DNA of 64,000 bases from NCBI GenBank assembly GCA_964016885.1, contig OZ024763.1:23250001-23314000 (forward strand), written 5' to 3'. The notes under the pieces were generated by a model. It was given only the letters and a program-made list of their open reading frames with translations, was not told the origin of the DNA and ran no database searches. The stretch comes from Eledone cirrhosa. Lineage: Eukaryota. Below are positions 40,598 to 54,497 of the stretch, in pieces. The position numbers were made by a program, and so were the translations under genes. The stretch's first letter is position 1. The number at the start of each line of letters is the position of its first letter.

Positions 40598-40681
40598 TAT
40601 AAGATTTCATATGTGACATACCGCAAATACTGAAATTGAATAATCAAAACCGTAGCGGTATGTCACATATCAAATATAATA

Positions 40682-40740
40682 TTTTGTCTGATGAAAACGT
40701 ACTTAAACACCATTGTACCTTTGAAATATGTATAATAAAA
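40682..40740 (+). ncRNA. Type I hammerhead ribozyme, family A
   Basis: UUUUGU-CUGAUGA-AAAC GUAC..GUAC CUUU-GAAA-UAUGUA-UA-AUAAAA. Stem II base AAA/UUU compensates GGA/UUC of the 44.4 kb copy. Confidence 0.7.
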
Positions 40741-41077
40741 TATATATTTTGATTATGAGAATATTTTTCATTTATTAACATTTTGAATAATATTAAAAAC
40801 TCCATGAAAATCTACAGTTGAGTGCTTCTAATCTATTGTAATATTGTATGCGTTGAGTAATCAACGAACCATATTAATCTTTGGTTATATATATATATAT
40901 AACGAAGGTGTGGTAAGGAACCATAACGCACCAGAGTACTCAAAACTTAGGGTAGTAGAGTGGGTAATAGGAGAAAGTATGACCCCGACGGCAGAGCTCA
41001 AGCCGTTTCGACTGCTATTTCTGGACTGAAATAGCCGTCGAAACTGCTTGAGATCTGCCGTCGGCATCATACTTTTT

Positions 41078-41133
<56 letters not shown>

Positions 41134-41153
41134 CATATATATACATTATATAC

Positions 41154-41356
<203 letters not shown>

Positions 41357-41357
41357 C

Positions 41358-41392
<35 letters not shown>

Positions 41393-41393
41393 C

Positions 41394-41428
<35 letters not shown>

Positions 41429-41472
41429 CAATATTAAATAAATGGAAAACTATATTTATAAAACCATATTTA

Positions 41473-41534
41473 TTTCATTATATATATTTCGGGGATATCA
41501 TATTAACAATATGCTATGCCTTCATCAGACAAAA
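41473..41534 (-). ncRNA. Type I hammerhead ribozyme, family A
   Basis: UUUUGU-CUGAUGA-stem II (CAUAUU/AAUAUG core)-GAAA-UAUAUA-UA-AUGAAA. Confidence 0.6.
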
Positions 41535-41697
41535 TACATATAATATATATAAATGTATATAATGAAATAAATATGGTTTTATAAATATAGTTTTCCATTT
41601 ATTTAATATTGTAAATATACTCCAAATATTTGTCGAGTGCTTTTATATCAGTTATAAATATTTACTAGTTGTAAACCAACAATTTTAAATATAACTT

Positions 41698-41819
<122 letters not shown>

Positions 41820-41826
41820 TATATAC

Positions 41827-42002
<176 letters not shown>

Positions 42003-42254
42003 CTTCCATCATAATTCTAGATTATATAACCTTCCTTAAGTTATGTTCCAAACACTGACTGAATAATGACAAAGTTAACTTTATTAATCAAATATTTCTA
42101 ATTAAAGAAATGAATTATGTGTTTTAAATAATTTTATTTTTCCAGATTTCTTTCTTCACAAAATATTATAAAATTTCCATCAAAATCTTCCTCAATAATT
42201 AATTAAATTAATGACGTATTTAATTATTTAATAATTAAAATATTTAACACTTAC

Positions 42255-42315
42255 CTTTAGAAGGGAAATATTTTTGAGAGGATTTTCTGACGAGAAAATA
42301 TAAAGGGAGCAGCAT
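42255..42315 (-). CDS. Candidate first exon, copy A (MLLPLYFLVRKSSQKYFPSK|)
   Basis: ATG plus 20 codons, then a perfect AAG|GTAAGT donor; same sequence as the inverted copy at 46039-46099. Downstream exons not identified; could be 5'UTR or non-coding. Confidence 0.35.
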
Positions 42316-42632
42316 TGTGAAAGTTGTGAAAGGTTCTGTACAGTGTGTATATGTATCGTGTGTATATATATACTGTGTATGTATATATGTACAGTGTATA
42401 TATAGTGTGTGTGTTTATATATGTATACTTACTGTGTGTGTATATGTACAGTGTATATATACTGTGTATGTATATATATACTGTGTATGTATATATATAT
42501 ACTGTGTGTGAATAAGTACAAGGGATATTTAATTTGTTACTGTGTGTGTATATATATGTAGGTATATATACTGTGTGTGTGTATATATGTATATATACTG
42601 TGTGTGTATATATATATATGTATATATACTGT

Positions 42633-42680
<48 letters not shown>

Positions 42681-43811
42681 CTGTGTACGCTGTATGTGTA
42701 TACATATCAACATCATCATCATCATCATTATCACCGTTTTACGTCCGTTCTTCCACGCTAGCATGGGTTAGACGGGTTGTCCTGTTGTGGGCAATGTCCG
42801 GTCGGCTGACCATGCTTTGCTCATACAGGAACTGGCTTGATTTCTACAGCTGGATGCCCTTCCTAACACCAACTCATTTACAGTGAGTGCTGGGTACTTT
42901 TTTTCCGTGGCGCCTACACGTGTACTTTACAGTGGAATGATAGTCCCTATCATCTCATTTCTCCAGTAAACTGGAGCAACGTGAAGTAAAGCGTCTTGCT
43001 CAAGGAAACAACACATCACCCGGTGTGTGTGCATGTATGTATAAAAAATTCGAACAAAGTTAAATTGAAATAATTCAATATATATATATCTAAAACGAAA
43101 AAATTGTAACACAATAAATTGAGACACACACACACATATATATATTATATATATACAAGTATGTGTGGATGTAATTAAAATATAAAATTTTATCTTTGAA
43201 ATATACTAGATTTTGAACGATAAATAAAAATTTCAATTCAAATTTAACAATTAATATTTGCGTAATTTACGTTATATATTGTATTTTAAAATACATTTAT
43301 TGTTTCTTTAATCCAAATTAACAAAGTTTTATTCAATTTATATATATAACCATCCCTGGCCATAAATGAAACCTTAAGGGTCAGTCTATTTCGTGGTCAC
43401 AGCCGACATGATGGAAAAGACATTAACCAGGAAAATGGCGAGGAAGACGCGCGGGAATATCCACTTTCCATCTTGTTCGGGTCTCCCAGATGTTTTTATA
43501 TCTGTAAAAATATTATCTAAATGTCTTCCCGAATATTTGTCTCCTAATGACTTTCTGATAATTTTTTAATTGAATATTTGTTAGGCCTTCCGATAGTGTT
43601 TAAAAAATATATATATATATATAACATTAAAGATACTATTTATAGTTATGTATATACTAAACTATAAACGGGGAAGGTGTAATTTATTACTACCTTATTA
43701 CCAGTAAGAGAAATAGCTCAATGTAAGAACATCAGTTGTTTTACAGAGCAGTAGTATAGACTACACACGTATCAAAGTTATGTTTAAAACATAACTTTGA
43801 TACTTGTGTAA

Positions 43812-43842
<31 letters not shown>

Positions 43843-43852
43843 GCAGAGGGTA

Positions 43853-43896
<44 letters not shown>

Positions 43897-44206
43897 TGTA
43901 ATAAACATAAGACAATTATTCCATTTACCAAAGGTTTCACGAAGACAGACGTGGAATAATTCTTATGTTGTTTATTACATAACTAAATAGCTCTGTAGCT
44001 TATATAGAGCACTCTCCTTTCCTTTACCCTTCCTACGGAAATATTTTATATATATATAATATATAACCAAAGATTAATATGGTTCATTGATTACTCAATG
44101 AATATAGTTTTACAATAGATTAAAAGCACTCTACAATAAAGTTTTCTGGAGTTATTATTATTCCGAATAATAATAAATGAAGACATTCACAAAATCAAAA
44201 TATATG

Positions 44207-44268
44207 TTTTATTATATATATTTCGAAGGTACTGTGCTGTTTTTTCAGTACGTCCTCGTCAGATAAAA
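44207..44268 (-). ncRNA. Type I hammerhead ribozyme, family A (inverted twin of 44387-44448)
   Basis: Reverse complement of the + copy within the 44165-44488 fold-back. Confidence 0.75.
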
Positions 44269-44386
44269 TACATGAATTGATGTGTGACTACCTCAACTGT
44301 CTTGATGGTTCAATTCCAGTATTGGCAGTCAATACTGGAATTGAACTATCAAGACAGTTGAGGTATGTCACACATTAATTCATGTA

Positions 44387-44448
44387 TTTTATCTGACGAG
44401 GACGTACTGAAAAAACAGCACAGTACCTTCGAAATATATATAATAAAA
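44387..44448 (+). ncRNA. Type I hammerhead ribozyme, family A
   Basis: UUUUAU-CUGACGA-GGAC GUACUG..CAGUAC CUUC-GAAA-UAUAUA-UA-AUAAAA. Stem I UUUUAU/AUAAAA; palindromic helix III. Confidence 0.75.
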
Positions 44449-44496
44449 CATATTTTGATTATGTGAATGTCTTCATTTATTATTATTCTGAATATA

Positions 44497-44896
44497 TCTT
44501 CTATCTTCTATATATATAAAAGCGAGGATGTGTGTGTGTCTGTGTACAACTTTGGATACCTAAGGCTTTTATAATTACCAACCGAATTTGACCAAATGTT
44601 CTGTGCACGTTGCACAGGTCGTTATGATGGTCACATCACAAACATTATTCCAATCGACCCACGTTCAACAATAAAAAAAAATCGATATCAAAATTATCGG
44701 TAGCAATGTAAGGGAGATAACCACCTTTATTGACAATCCTTATAAAAAAAGGGAGATAACGAACTTTATTGACAATCCTTATAAAGAGACTGCTTATTTT
44801 GACAGGTTGGGGACAAATAATGTTCTTCTTTTACTTCCTAGCTGTATATTCTTAGCATAATTTCAAACTCCGAGCAATGCCGGGTAAATCTGCTAG
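44497..44896 (+). mobile_element. Short non-autonomous Helitron
   Basis: A|TC..TATATATAAAA 5' end; CCGAGCAATGCCGGG...CTAG|T 3' end. Confidence 0.75.
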
Positions 44897-45201
44897 TATA
44901 CTATATATATATATATTGGCGCCTGAAAGTTGGTCACTTCGTCCGCCACACTGAGCTAAACTTTATTATTAAGGAGAGCCTCCTCTATAATCCTAATTTG
45001 TAGTATCCCAGATTAAGAAAAACTCTATAACTGTTACATTAAAGCAATGTTTTTCTTACTCATACCTTCTCTATTGATTCTATTACGTTTTCGCATGTTC
45101 TCATTATTAGGGTATAAATGTTGAATTTTCTCATAAGTTAATCACTACCTTGATTAAATCTTAACCATTTAACATCTCAGGGTATGTCATGTATCATTTT
45201 A

Positions 45202-45252
45202 TTTTATCTGATGCGGACGTACTGTTGTACCTCTGAAATATGTATAATAAAA
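45202..45252 (+). ncRNA. Degenerate hammerhead, family A (A9C)
   Basis: UUUUAU-CUGAUGC-GGACGUAC uguu GUACCUCU-GAAA-UAUGUA-UA-AUAAAA; core mutation, probably inactive. Confidence 0.55.
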
Positions 45253-45597
45253 TTTAATTGATCACAAAAACATCTATTTTATTAATATTTGTATTTTAAT
45301 TTTAATAACTCTGGAACATTTTTTTTTGTTACTGTAAAGTGCTTCCAATCTACTGTAAAACTCATTCTTTGATGTACCCATTGAATCTTGTTTAACTCTT
45401 TAATATATATAGAGAGAGAGATCGAACCTTGAGCTGATCAATAGCGAAACGAGCGTCACCAATCAATAAACGTAATTAACGCTTAACAAATCGTCTTTGT
45501 ATTATTATATATACACACTCTTATATACGCAGTAGAATGTTTATACACATATATACAGATTCCACATACATAAACTTATACACTCAGTAGACTGTAT

Positions 45598-45635
<38 letters not shown>

Positions 45636-45730
45636 TTATATATACACACACACAGAGTATATACACACACACAGTATATACACACACACACATATATATA
45701 CACACACATATATATACACATACAGTATAT

Positions 45731-45771
<41 letters not shown>

Positions 45772-46038
45772 TATACATACAGTATATATACACATTTATA
45801 TATATGTATATACAACACATATATATATATACACGCAGAATATATACATAGTATATATATATACACACATACATATATATATACATACACAGTATATATA
45901 CACTGTACATATACACACACAGTAAGTATACATATATAAACACACACACTATATATACACTGTACATATATACATACACAGTATATATATACACACGATA
46001 CATATACACACTGTACAGAACCTTTCACAACTTTCACA

Positions 46039-46099
46039 ATGCTGCTCCCTTTATATTTTCTCGTCAGAAAATCCTCTCAAAAATATTTCCCTTCTAAAG
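46039..46099 (+). CDS. Candidate first exon, copy B (MLLPLYFLVRKSSQKYFPSK|)
   Basis: Same as copy A, in opposite orientation; donor AAG|GTAAGT at 46099/46100. Confidence 0.35.
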
Positions 46100-46486
46100 G
46101 TAAGTGTTAAATATTTTAATTATTAAATAATTAAATACGTCATTAATTTAATTAATTATTGAGGAAGATTTTGATGGAAATTTTATAATATTTTGTGAAG
46201 AAAGAAATCTGGAAAAATATAAAATATTTGATATTTTTTAATTAGAATCGTAATTTGTGATGTTTAAAACTTTAATTAACATATTTCCTAATTAAAGAAA
46301 TTAATTATGTGTTTTAAATAATTTTGAAGATAATCAAGAATTTGGAGGGATTTGGTTAATAAAGTTAACTTTGTCATTATTTAGTCAGTGTTTGGAACAT
46401 AACTTAAGGAAGGTTATATAATCTAAAATTATGATGAAAGCTTTATATATATATATATATATATGGAAAGTTATATATATATAAAG

Positions 46487-46519
<33 letters not shown>

Positions 46520-47625
46520 GTATATATTTGATAAAAAGAAATTATAACGTTTTAAATTACGCGCGTAATTTGAACTTCCCGCAATTTCTTAACCTTTTCT
46601 TTCCCTTTCCCAAACAATTTTAGTAAACTTGTATTATGATAGAGGCAGGGCTGTATTATTCATAAGACTGACTAAGCAGAAACCGAGTGACCCTGTAGGG
46701 AATAGGGGGTCATTATTTATTATTTTTATTTTTTTGCTGTAATGGTGTGAAAGATTGAAGTGTCAGATACTGTAGACCCAAATTTCTGAAAGCTTTCCGA
46801 ACCTAAGTCAATACAACCCTGAATATAAATGGCTGAGTATTTCATAGGCACTTATACACAAATGTTGGTATGGATATCGAATTGACGATAACCGCTACTT
46901 CTCTGATTTGAGAGATTACATCTCCGATACTATGGCCGTGTTTAGAATGTCTCAGGAAAGAATGACTGGACAGATTTGTAGCTCGGAGATCAGAGAGTTA
47001 CTCCAAGTAGAGCTGCTACTTCTCTGAATTGAGAGATCACAGATTAAAGAAATCTGGGCTTACTGAGTGACGAATATCATCTGGGTCTCTGAGAACCACT
47101 ATTTTAAATGGGGGGAGTAATTGAAGAAAGCTGGGATTACTTGAGATGAAATGTGTTCTGTGTTTATACAATTATTGAAATTTGAAAGGCTTGCTTATGT
47201 TAATATGGTGTTTGGGTGAAAGAAATTACTTGATAGCAATTGAAAAAGGGGACAGAATTGAAGTAATCTGAAATTTAAAGGAGAGAAATTTGTTCTGGGG
47301 TCTGTAACAATTGAAAAGGGGGAAGGAATTGAAGTAATCTGGGGTCTGAGAGAAACATGGCTCTATATATATATTTAAAGAACTACTTCATTGTGAGAAA
47401 GTTAATGCAAAGACTGAGTTATTTCCCTTTATATACTTCCATCGTTCAATTATGAAGTGTCAGAAAAGTAACAGCTTAGTGGTCTGAGACACCATGTGAT
47501 ATAATATCTGGGTATTATATAACTGCGATCTCAGCTCTCTGCAGCCATTGTATGTATGTATATATATATATATATATATATATAAAGAAGAAGAAATTAA
47601 AAGATGGTTAAAAAAGTTCCATATA

Positions 47626-47691
47626 TTTTATTATACGCATTTCGAATACAAAATCATCCTGGGCCAAAAATTGTGTTCTCATCAGATAAAA
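47626..47691 (-). ncRNA. Type I hammerhead ribozyme, family A variant
   Basis: UUUUAU-CUGAUGA-GAAC ACAA..UUGU AUUC-GAAA-UGCGUA-UA-AUAAAA. The sister arm (~47765-47785) has the perfect palindrome UGCGCA. Confidence 0.7.
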
Positions 47692-49754
47692 TAAGGTAAC
47701 ATGATATGAGGCCTAAAAGCACTTGTTTACAGGAAAGTGCAAAGTCTACATATGACAGAAATACGAAATGCGCATAATAAAATGTATGGAACTTTTTTAA
47801 CCATCTTTTAATTTCTTCTTTATATATACTCCAGTTCTACTAACTGTTGAGTGCTACTTATCTGATATATGCATAGTTTTATTGTTCTATAAAGAAGTAT
47901 ATATAAAGAAGAAATTAAAAGATGGTTAAAAAAGTTCCATACATTTTATTATGCGCATTTCGTATTTCTGTCATATGTAGACTTTGCACTTTCCTGTAAA
48001 CAAGTGCTTTTAGGCCTCATATCATGTTACCTTATTTTATCTGATGAGAACACAATTTATCTGATATATGCATAGTTTTATTGTTCTACAATATTACTCA
48101 CCTTCTACACACACACATATATATATGTGTGTGTGTGTAGAAGGTGAGTAATATTGTAGAACAATAAAACTATGCATATATCAGATAAGCACCGGCCTAA
48201 TGAGACTGCTGGCTTAAGACAGACTTTAGACTCCCACTGATAACAACAAAAGGTTTCTTCCCAAATACATCTACTCTCTCTCTCTTTATATATATATATA
48301 TATATAACACTCAAACCACTAAGTCCTTTTAATTTTCTGTTACACACACCCACATATATATATATATACCCACACATACACACACAATTTGGTTTAATTC
48401 ATTTACATACAAGGTGTGTCAGAAAAGTAACAGGACTTACTGGTTTGAGTCACTGTGTAATATTGCGGAGGGCCACTTCCTTGTAATATTGAGCAGGGCC
48501 ACTTCCTTGAAGGGATCAGGGTCCTATCTTCTTTCCTACTCACTAGCACTTTAGTTTTCACTAAGTCTACTTCCAGACCTTTCAATTCCAAGTTGGTGTT
48601 AGGAAGGGTATCCAGCTGTAGCAATCAAGCCAGAATCAGTTCCCGTATGAGCAAGACAAGGCCAGCCGACCGGACACTGCCCACGACAGGACAACCCATC
48701 TAACCCATGCTAGCGTGGAAGAACGGACGTAAAACGGTGATGATGATGATGATGATGATGATGTTTCCATAGACAGAACTTATTTTCTAGTTCTTTTATG
48801 GATTCAGTCATAAGGACCAAATCATCTGCATGGAGAATTTCCCATGGACAGCCAATCATAAACTCTTCTGAATTTCTACATAACGCCAGAGATCTCGGAC
48901 TTGTGTCATTGCTTTTGAAGGGTGTAATTGTGCAAGATAGGTGGCAAATTGGTAGTCATTTGAATGTCGGTTAGAATGCTTTGTGGTATTCATCCCAGCT
49001 CTCTGCTCACTGAGTTCAAATCCCACCGAGGTCAACTTTGCCTTTCGTCCTTTCGAGATCAATAAAAAAAGTACCAGTCAAGTACTGGGGTCAATTCTTC
49101 CTCTATATCTCTTTCTCATTTCCTCTCTATCTCTCTCTCTCTACACACACATATATATATTTAATATAGAAATTGCTTCTACAGGACTAGATCTGTTTCA
49201 TTCGAAGAAAATATTTATACTCTGCTATGTATTGCGTACCTTACTGTGGTTACACCCAATTGAATCTGGGTTACACACTCACACACACATATATATATAA
49301 AGTACCAGTCTAGTACTGGGGTGGATTCTTCCTTTATATCTCTTTATCATTTCCTCTCTCTCACTTTCTATCTTTTGGAAGAAATCTGTTGTATACAAAG
49401 AAAGATAGAAAGAGAGAGAACGCGGTATGTCAATACGATACACCTACGACTCTATCAGGATTTACGAGATCATACATACATATAATTGGTCAGCTTTTAT
49501 TACCTCATTCCAAGCATTATTTGGAGAACTATGATGAAATATTTTCCATTCATACAATTATACAATCATACATTAAACTAATAGAAAATTCTTTGTTTAA
49601 CCCTTTAGTGTTCAAACCGGCCCAAACCGGTCAGAATTCTCTACCTCTTTCTGTTGAAACTGGGTGTAATTGGTCGCTCAAACTGATGTTAAGGTATTGG
49701 TCTCAAAATAAATACTTTCAAAGATAATTATGTGAGGTAAAGCCTTTACCATAA

Positions 49755-50445
49755 TAATTTATTAAAATAACAGATTAAAGTTTAAGCAAAGAATCGCTGC
49801 TTTCACCCTTAACGGGATCTTCTGAAACTAACAAAGTCAATCTGTAAACGCAGAACTGGATATTTCAAAAAACGTTGCAACCGGAGGAAGACAGGAAGAC
49901 GATACTTTGGTTCGTGGAAACGTTCGCTGGCAAAGAACGGGAAAAAATGAATAATAGGAGCGGTGAAAAACAATTACGCGCAAAGACAGAACCACGTTTA
50001 TGGTATAAAAGAGGTCGTAGACTAATGTTCTCTTAGGTGGTGCATAGAGACGTTCTCTGGCAATGAACGAAAAAACGAAGATAATAAGTCATATGTGGAG
50101 CGTGGAGAACAATAGCACGCAAAGACAAAACCACGTAAATTGTATAGCAGAAGTTGTAGACTAAAATTCTAACTAGGAGACCAAATGAATCTCCGCTACA
50201 GGGTTAAGAACAAAGTAAATAAATACAATACAGAAGTAATAGAAACAAATAAATACATACACGCAAACAGATACGTACATACACAAGCATACGCAAAACC
50301 TTACCATAGGTATACAAAACCACGCACATATAAATATGTGTGTGTATGTATGCTTGTGTACAAATAAATAAATAATTATATAAACGTATATAAGTAAGTA
50401 AATACGTATATAACAAGCGCACACACATACCTACAAATAAATACA
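49755..50445 (-). mobile_element. Solo 3' terminal repeat (pLTR-like) of the same Naiad-like PLE
   Basis: Reverse complement of ~58635-59330. Confidence 0.85.
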
Positions 50446-51283
50446 TATTATATATATGTTGTTTCTTGTAAAGAAACATTCATCTCATTCTGACGTCACC
50501 AGCCCTGTCTTTCCACATGTTATTTTTCATAATCACGCATGATGGTGAACTAGCCTGTTTTAAAATCCCTTTTTGGCATATTAACCAGTGAGAAATTTTG
50601 GTTATCGAGTTGAGCTCTGCTGAGGATCGGATTCCAAATAGTGAGCATTTGTAGTTGTCTCAAATTGAAGGATGAGTATTTTAAACTTTATTTTATCATG
50701 AGTTAAGGCTCTATTGATTCTTCCCTGGATTTCACTAAATTCTGTAGGATGAATCTATATCCTGATTCTTTTTGAGTTGAGTTTGAATTATTTTTCCCCA
50801 CATCTTACGTTAACTATTTTTCCCATTTTGACGCTATAGTCACTTATATATTATGGAACACTGTTGGCTTTTTGCTACAATATTTTCTATACCTTTCATT
50901 TATATATATCTATATATATAGCTCGGGCCGTTTCGAAAGCTATATATGTATATATATATATATGGATGTACATGTGTGTGTGTGTGTATATAATACACGT
51001 TTATATACATATACACATATACATGTGTGTGTGTATATGTATATATTATTTCACAATATCTTTGTTTAACCTATTTCACAACATACGTATGTATGTGTTT
51101 TGTGGGAGTTAAATGTAGTTTTATGAAAGGTGGGTGAAAGTGGCGAGAATGGCCCGAGTGAATGGGCCTTCTCTCTATATCAGCCTGTAGGTTGAGGAAA
51201 AAGAGGAAAGGGGTACAAACTCTTCGTACTCCTGGAGATGAGGGTTGCACATTTTTTCGGGGATATGTGTTACCTACATGAAA

Positions 51284-51315
<32 letters not shown>

Positions 51316-51449
51316 TTGGGGAAAATCGATTAATTTTTAAATTGAATTTGTGATAGTATTTTACACGTTTTTATTGTATGTAAACTTTCCCCTTTGTATT
51401 TGTCCCCTTCTTTTGTGCTCCTGTGGCTAATAAAGAAACATATCTATCT

Positions 51450-52600
51450 ACCGCTTGACAGTCATGCCTTGTCCCCGCGAATACCTCACCAACATGGAAT
51501 GCCTACTCTTCAAGTTCCTCTGGAAGAAACAGGCTCCATTGGTGAGGTGATCCATCTGCTGTCAACACCCTTCTAACGGTGGGCTGGGAATGCCGTGGCT
51601 GATGATGCGCAAACACGAGCTGAAGCTACACCATCTCCAGGTATTCCTGACTGGTGAACCGGTGTTGCTGTCATTTGTGAGACAAGCTCTTCCACAACTC
51701 GTCTCACTAACAGAGCTGCATTCCTGGGTCAAGTGAAGACCGAAAATGGCTGCCTGGCACCTCGAGTGCCTTCAGGCGCTCACAGCCCTCTACCAAGCAG
51801 AAACGGCAATCAGCGGAGACTCCACTTCGACATTCTATAGGGGATTAGTGGAGGATAAGTGCGATGACGTTCTCGGGGAAACTCTAGGCATCGAGGAGGA
51901 TGAACTGACCAGTCTGTTCAGGAGGACTTTCCGTCCAGGGCCTATGGATAACTTCCAGAGGTCTCTGGCCTGGCAGTGCTACCAAGGAGCTGTACCCGTT
52001 CAAGACACAATCTACAGGCACGGACGCCCTGGCAGAGATCCTGCCAAAAGGATCTGTCCAAGATGCGAACAGGACATCGAAACCGTTCTGCATGCAATTT
52101 TTCAGTGCCCAGGGGTGACCGACCTGTGGAATTACGTCGAACAGCTACTGTCACGTGTGGGAGGCGTCCAGTTGTCAGCCGAGTCCATTGTGAGGATCAA
52201 CCCGCCGCCTTTATTTAAGAATGAAGGAGAGGCGGTTTTCCTCTGTCTGGTGGCTATGGCGAAAGAGGTAATATGGTGGACGAGGTTAAAAGGACTGAGG
52301 GCAAACACCTTTCTCTCCGAACAACAGCTTATCCCCTTCTGTAAGTACCACTTCAGAAGGAAGGTGAGAGTGGAGAGAGAGGTGCTACACCCCGGTAAAT
52401 TCGCTGAAAGGTGGGTGAATGTGGCGAAAATGGCTTGAGTGAATGGGCCTTCTCTGTATATAAACCTGTAGGTTGAGGAAGATGAACAGAGGGAAGACGG
52501 GAACATCTACAAAACGTGTTCCTGGTGTTGAGGGTTGTTCTATCCACGGGGTATAAAACAACCCTGCAGTAACATTCCACCCTATTGGGGATTTCAATTG
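51450..52600 (+). mobile_element. L1/Tx1-type LINE 3' fragment (ORF2 C-terminal zinc finger)
   Basis: AW.CY.GAVPV...CPRC....ETVLHA.FQC...LW. Related 3' ends (gagtgaatgggcct) at ~11355-11656 and ~51120-51438. Confidence 0.8.
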
Positions 52601-52615
52601 TTATTTTATTATATA

Positions 52616-53390
52616 CTAGCAGCAGTACCCAGCGTTGCCTGGGTAGGTAAAATAATATCTGCTTTGATGAAAAGGTGTTGATCTTAGCGACTGCTTCTCG
52701 ATGACTCATCTATGGCCACACACAGGCCATACGGGGGAGGGTGATGATGACCTCTATCTCTGTGAAACGCGGGTGACTGATGAAGGTGCATGCTGGGGGA
52801 GGGAGCTTCAAATTTGAACGAAATCAGTTGAAAAATGTGGGAGCTAGAGTCGAAAAGGCGGAAATTTGAGCGAAAAGGTGGTATTTTCGAATATTTAAAC
52901 GGCTGCCATGCCATTCCTGAACAAATAATCCAAAATGTAAAGCCACTTTAAGACGTGAAATAATCAGATCATGAAATAATCAGATCTAGCATAGTGATTT
53001 GAACAAAGTAGGTTGATTAATGTGGGAGCTAGAGCCGAAAAAGTGGAAATTTGAGTCTAAAAGTGGTATTTTTGAATATTTAAGCGGCTGCCACGCCATC
53101 CCTGAACAACAATGCAAAATATAAAGCCATTACAGGATGTGCAATGATAAATTATATTTTGCTCTAAAATTTGAACGAAATTGGTGGCAAAATGTGGGAG
53201 CTAGAGCCAAAAATCTTATTTTTCGATACCTAAAAAAAGGTGACCCCCTGCTATCGATTTTTATCTGCAGAATGACCCCGGAATAAAAAAACGATACGTT
53301 GGTATATAGAAAACACTCCCCGATGAGCCTGTAAAGTTTCATGAAAATCGGTCGTAAGATGTAGGTCCCTTAATTTTATATATATACAGA
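52616..53390 (-). mobile_element. Non-autonomous Helitron
   Basis: 5' TCTGTATATATATAAAA; 3' CCCAGGCAACGCTGGG...CTAG|T; internal ~180-bp direct repeats. Confidence 0.75.
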
Positions 53391-53880
53391 TAGTTTATTG
53401 TTATTTATTAATGTTAAAATTATAAAATTGCTGTGTTTCACACATTTTTTTTGCAAGAAAATGATGATTGATTTTAAATCAGTGATATAATTTATAGAGA
53501 AAATCTCTTCATTTCAATATTACTCAATGTATGAAAAATTGGAAAATATTATTTTTTGTAATATATCAAATCAAAATTACATGGACTGGCATTATAGGTA
53601 GAGAGTCGGACGCCATGCTTTCCAGCATAGTTACGTCCCTCTACGATCTGAGTTCAAATCCTGCCGAGGTTAACTTTGCCTTTCATCCTTACGGGGTCGA
53701 TAAAGTAAAGTACCAGTAATGTACTGGGTAATTGCTGGCCTTATGCCAAATGTAGAAACAATTATTAAATCTTATTCTTATTTTGTTTCTTGTAAATAAT
53801 TTTTTTCAAAATATCAATTCAAACTTGATCATTTCATTTTGTGTAAAGCATTATTTTCAAATTAGAAATTCAAAGTTTAA

Positions 53881-54497
53881 TTATTTATTTTTTAACATAA
53901 TAAATACATGAAAATATATTTCATACTTTGTCCTAATGAAGAACTTCAGGGTAAACAACATTTTTTGATTGGCTAAAATGTTGAGATTTTTTGAAATTCC
54001 AGTCCTTGAAACAGCCACATAAAACATGCCATGACTGAAACATGGGTTTGTCAGATCTATAACAATCGTTTTGAAAGTTTGACCTTGACTCTTATTGATG
54101 TTCATGGGAACTGCAGCCTCTTAAATGTAAAAGGCAACTCGCTATCATTTGGTATAAGTGGAATCCTCGGAATGGGAAGAGCTTGACCTTTGTAAGCCCC
54201 GAATATAATGGTTGCTTCAATCAAGTTCTCATCCAATCTTGTTACAACACATCTTGTTCCATTTATTGGCGAAAATTTCCACTATGGAGGGTTTAACCCC
54301 CATTAGCGTGTCTTAATATTATTGAAATTTGCTGAAATTTTGTGAATAGGCATCATATACTGTCATTTACCCATGGTTTAAATTTCATATAAATCGAAGG
54401 GAAAACATTTTCAGCAGGGGTTTGTGCCCCCGGGGAACCCTTTGATTAAATAAACAAACAAACAAACAGACAAGAACTACAACTTTATATATACAGA
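53881..54497 (-). mobile_element. Helitron remnant (Pif1-like helicase fragment; TC 5' end at 54497)
   Basis: INKSQGQTF....DL..PCFSHG.FYVAVSR. Confidence 0.75.

Noticed and set aside
45430-45465. CTGATCA..GAAACGAGCGTC as a hammerhead
   Set aside because: Core mismatch, no stem II and no stem I pairing; at most a decayed remnant.
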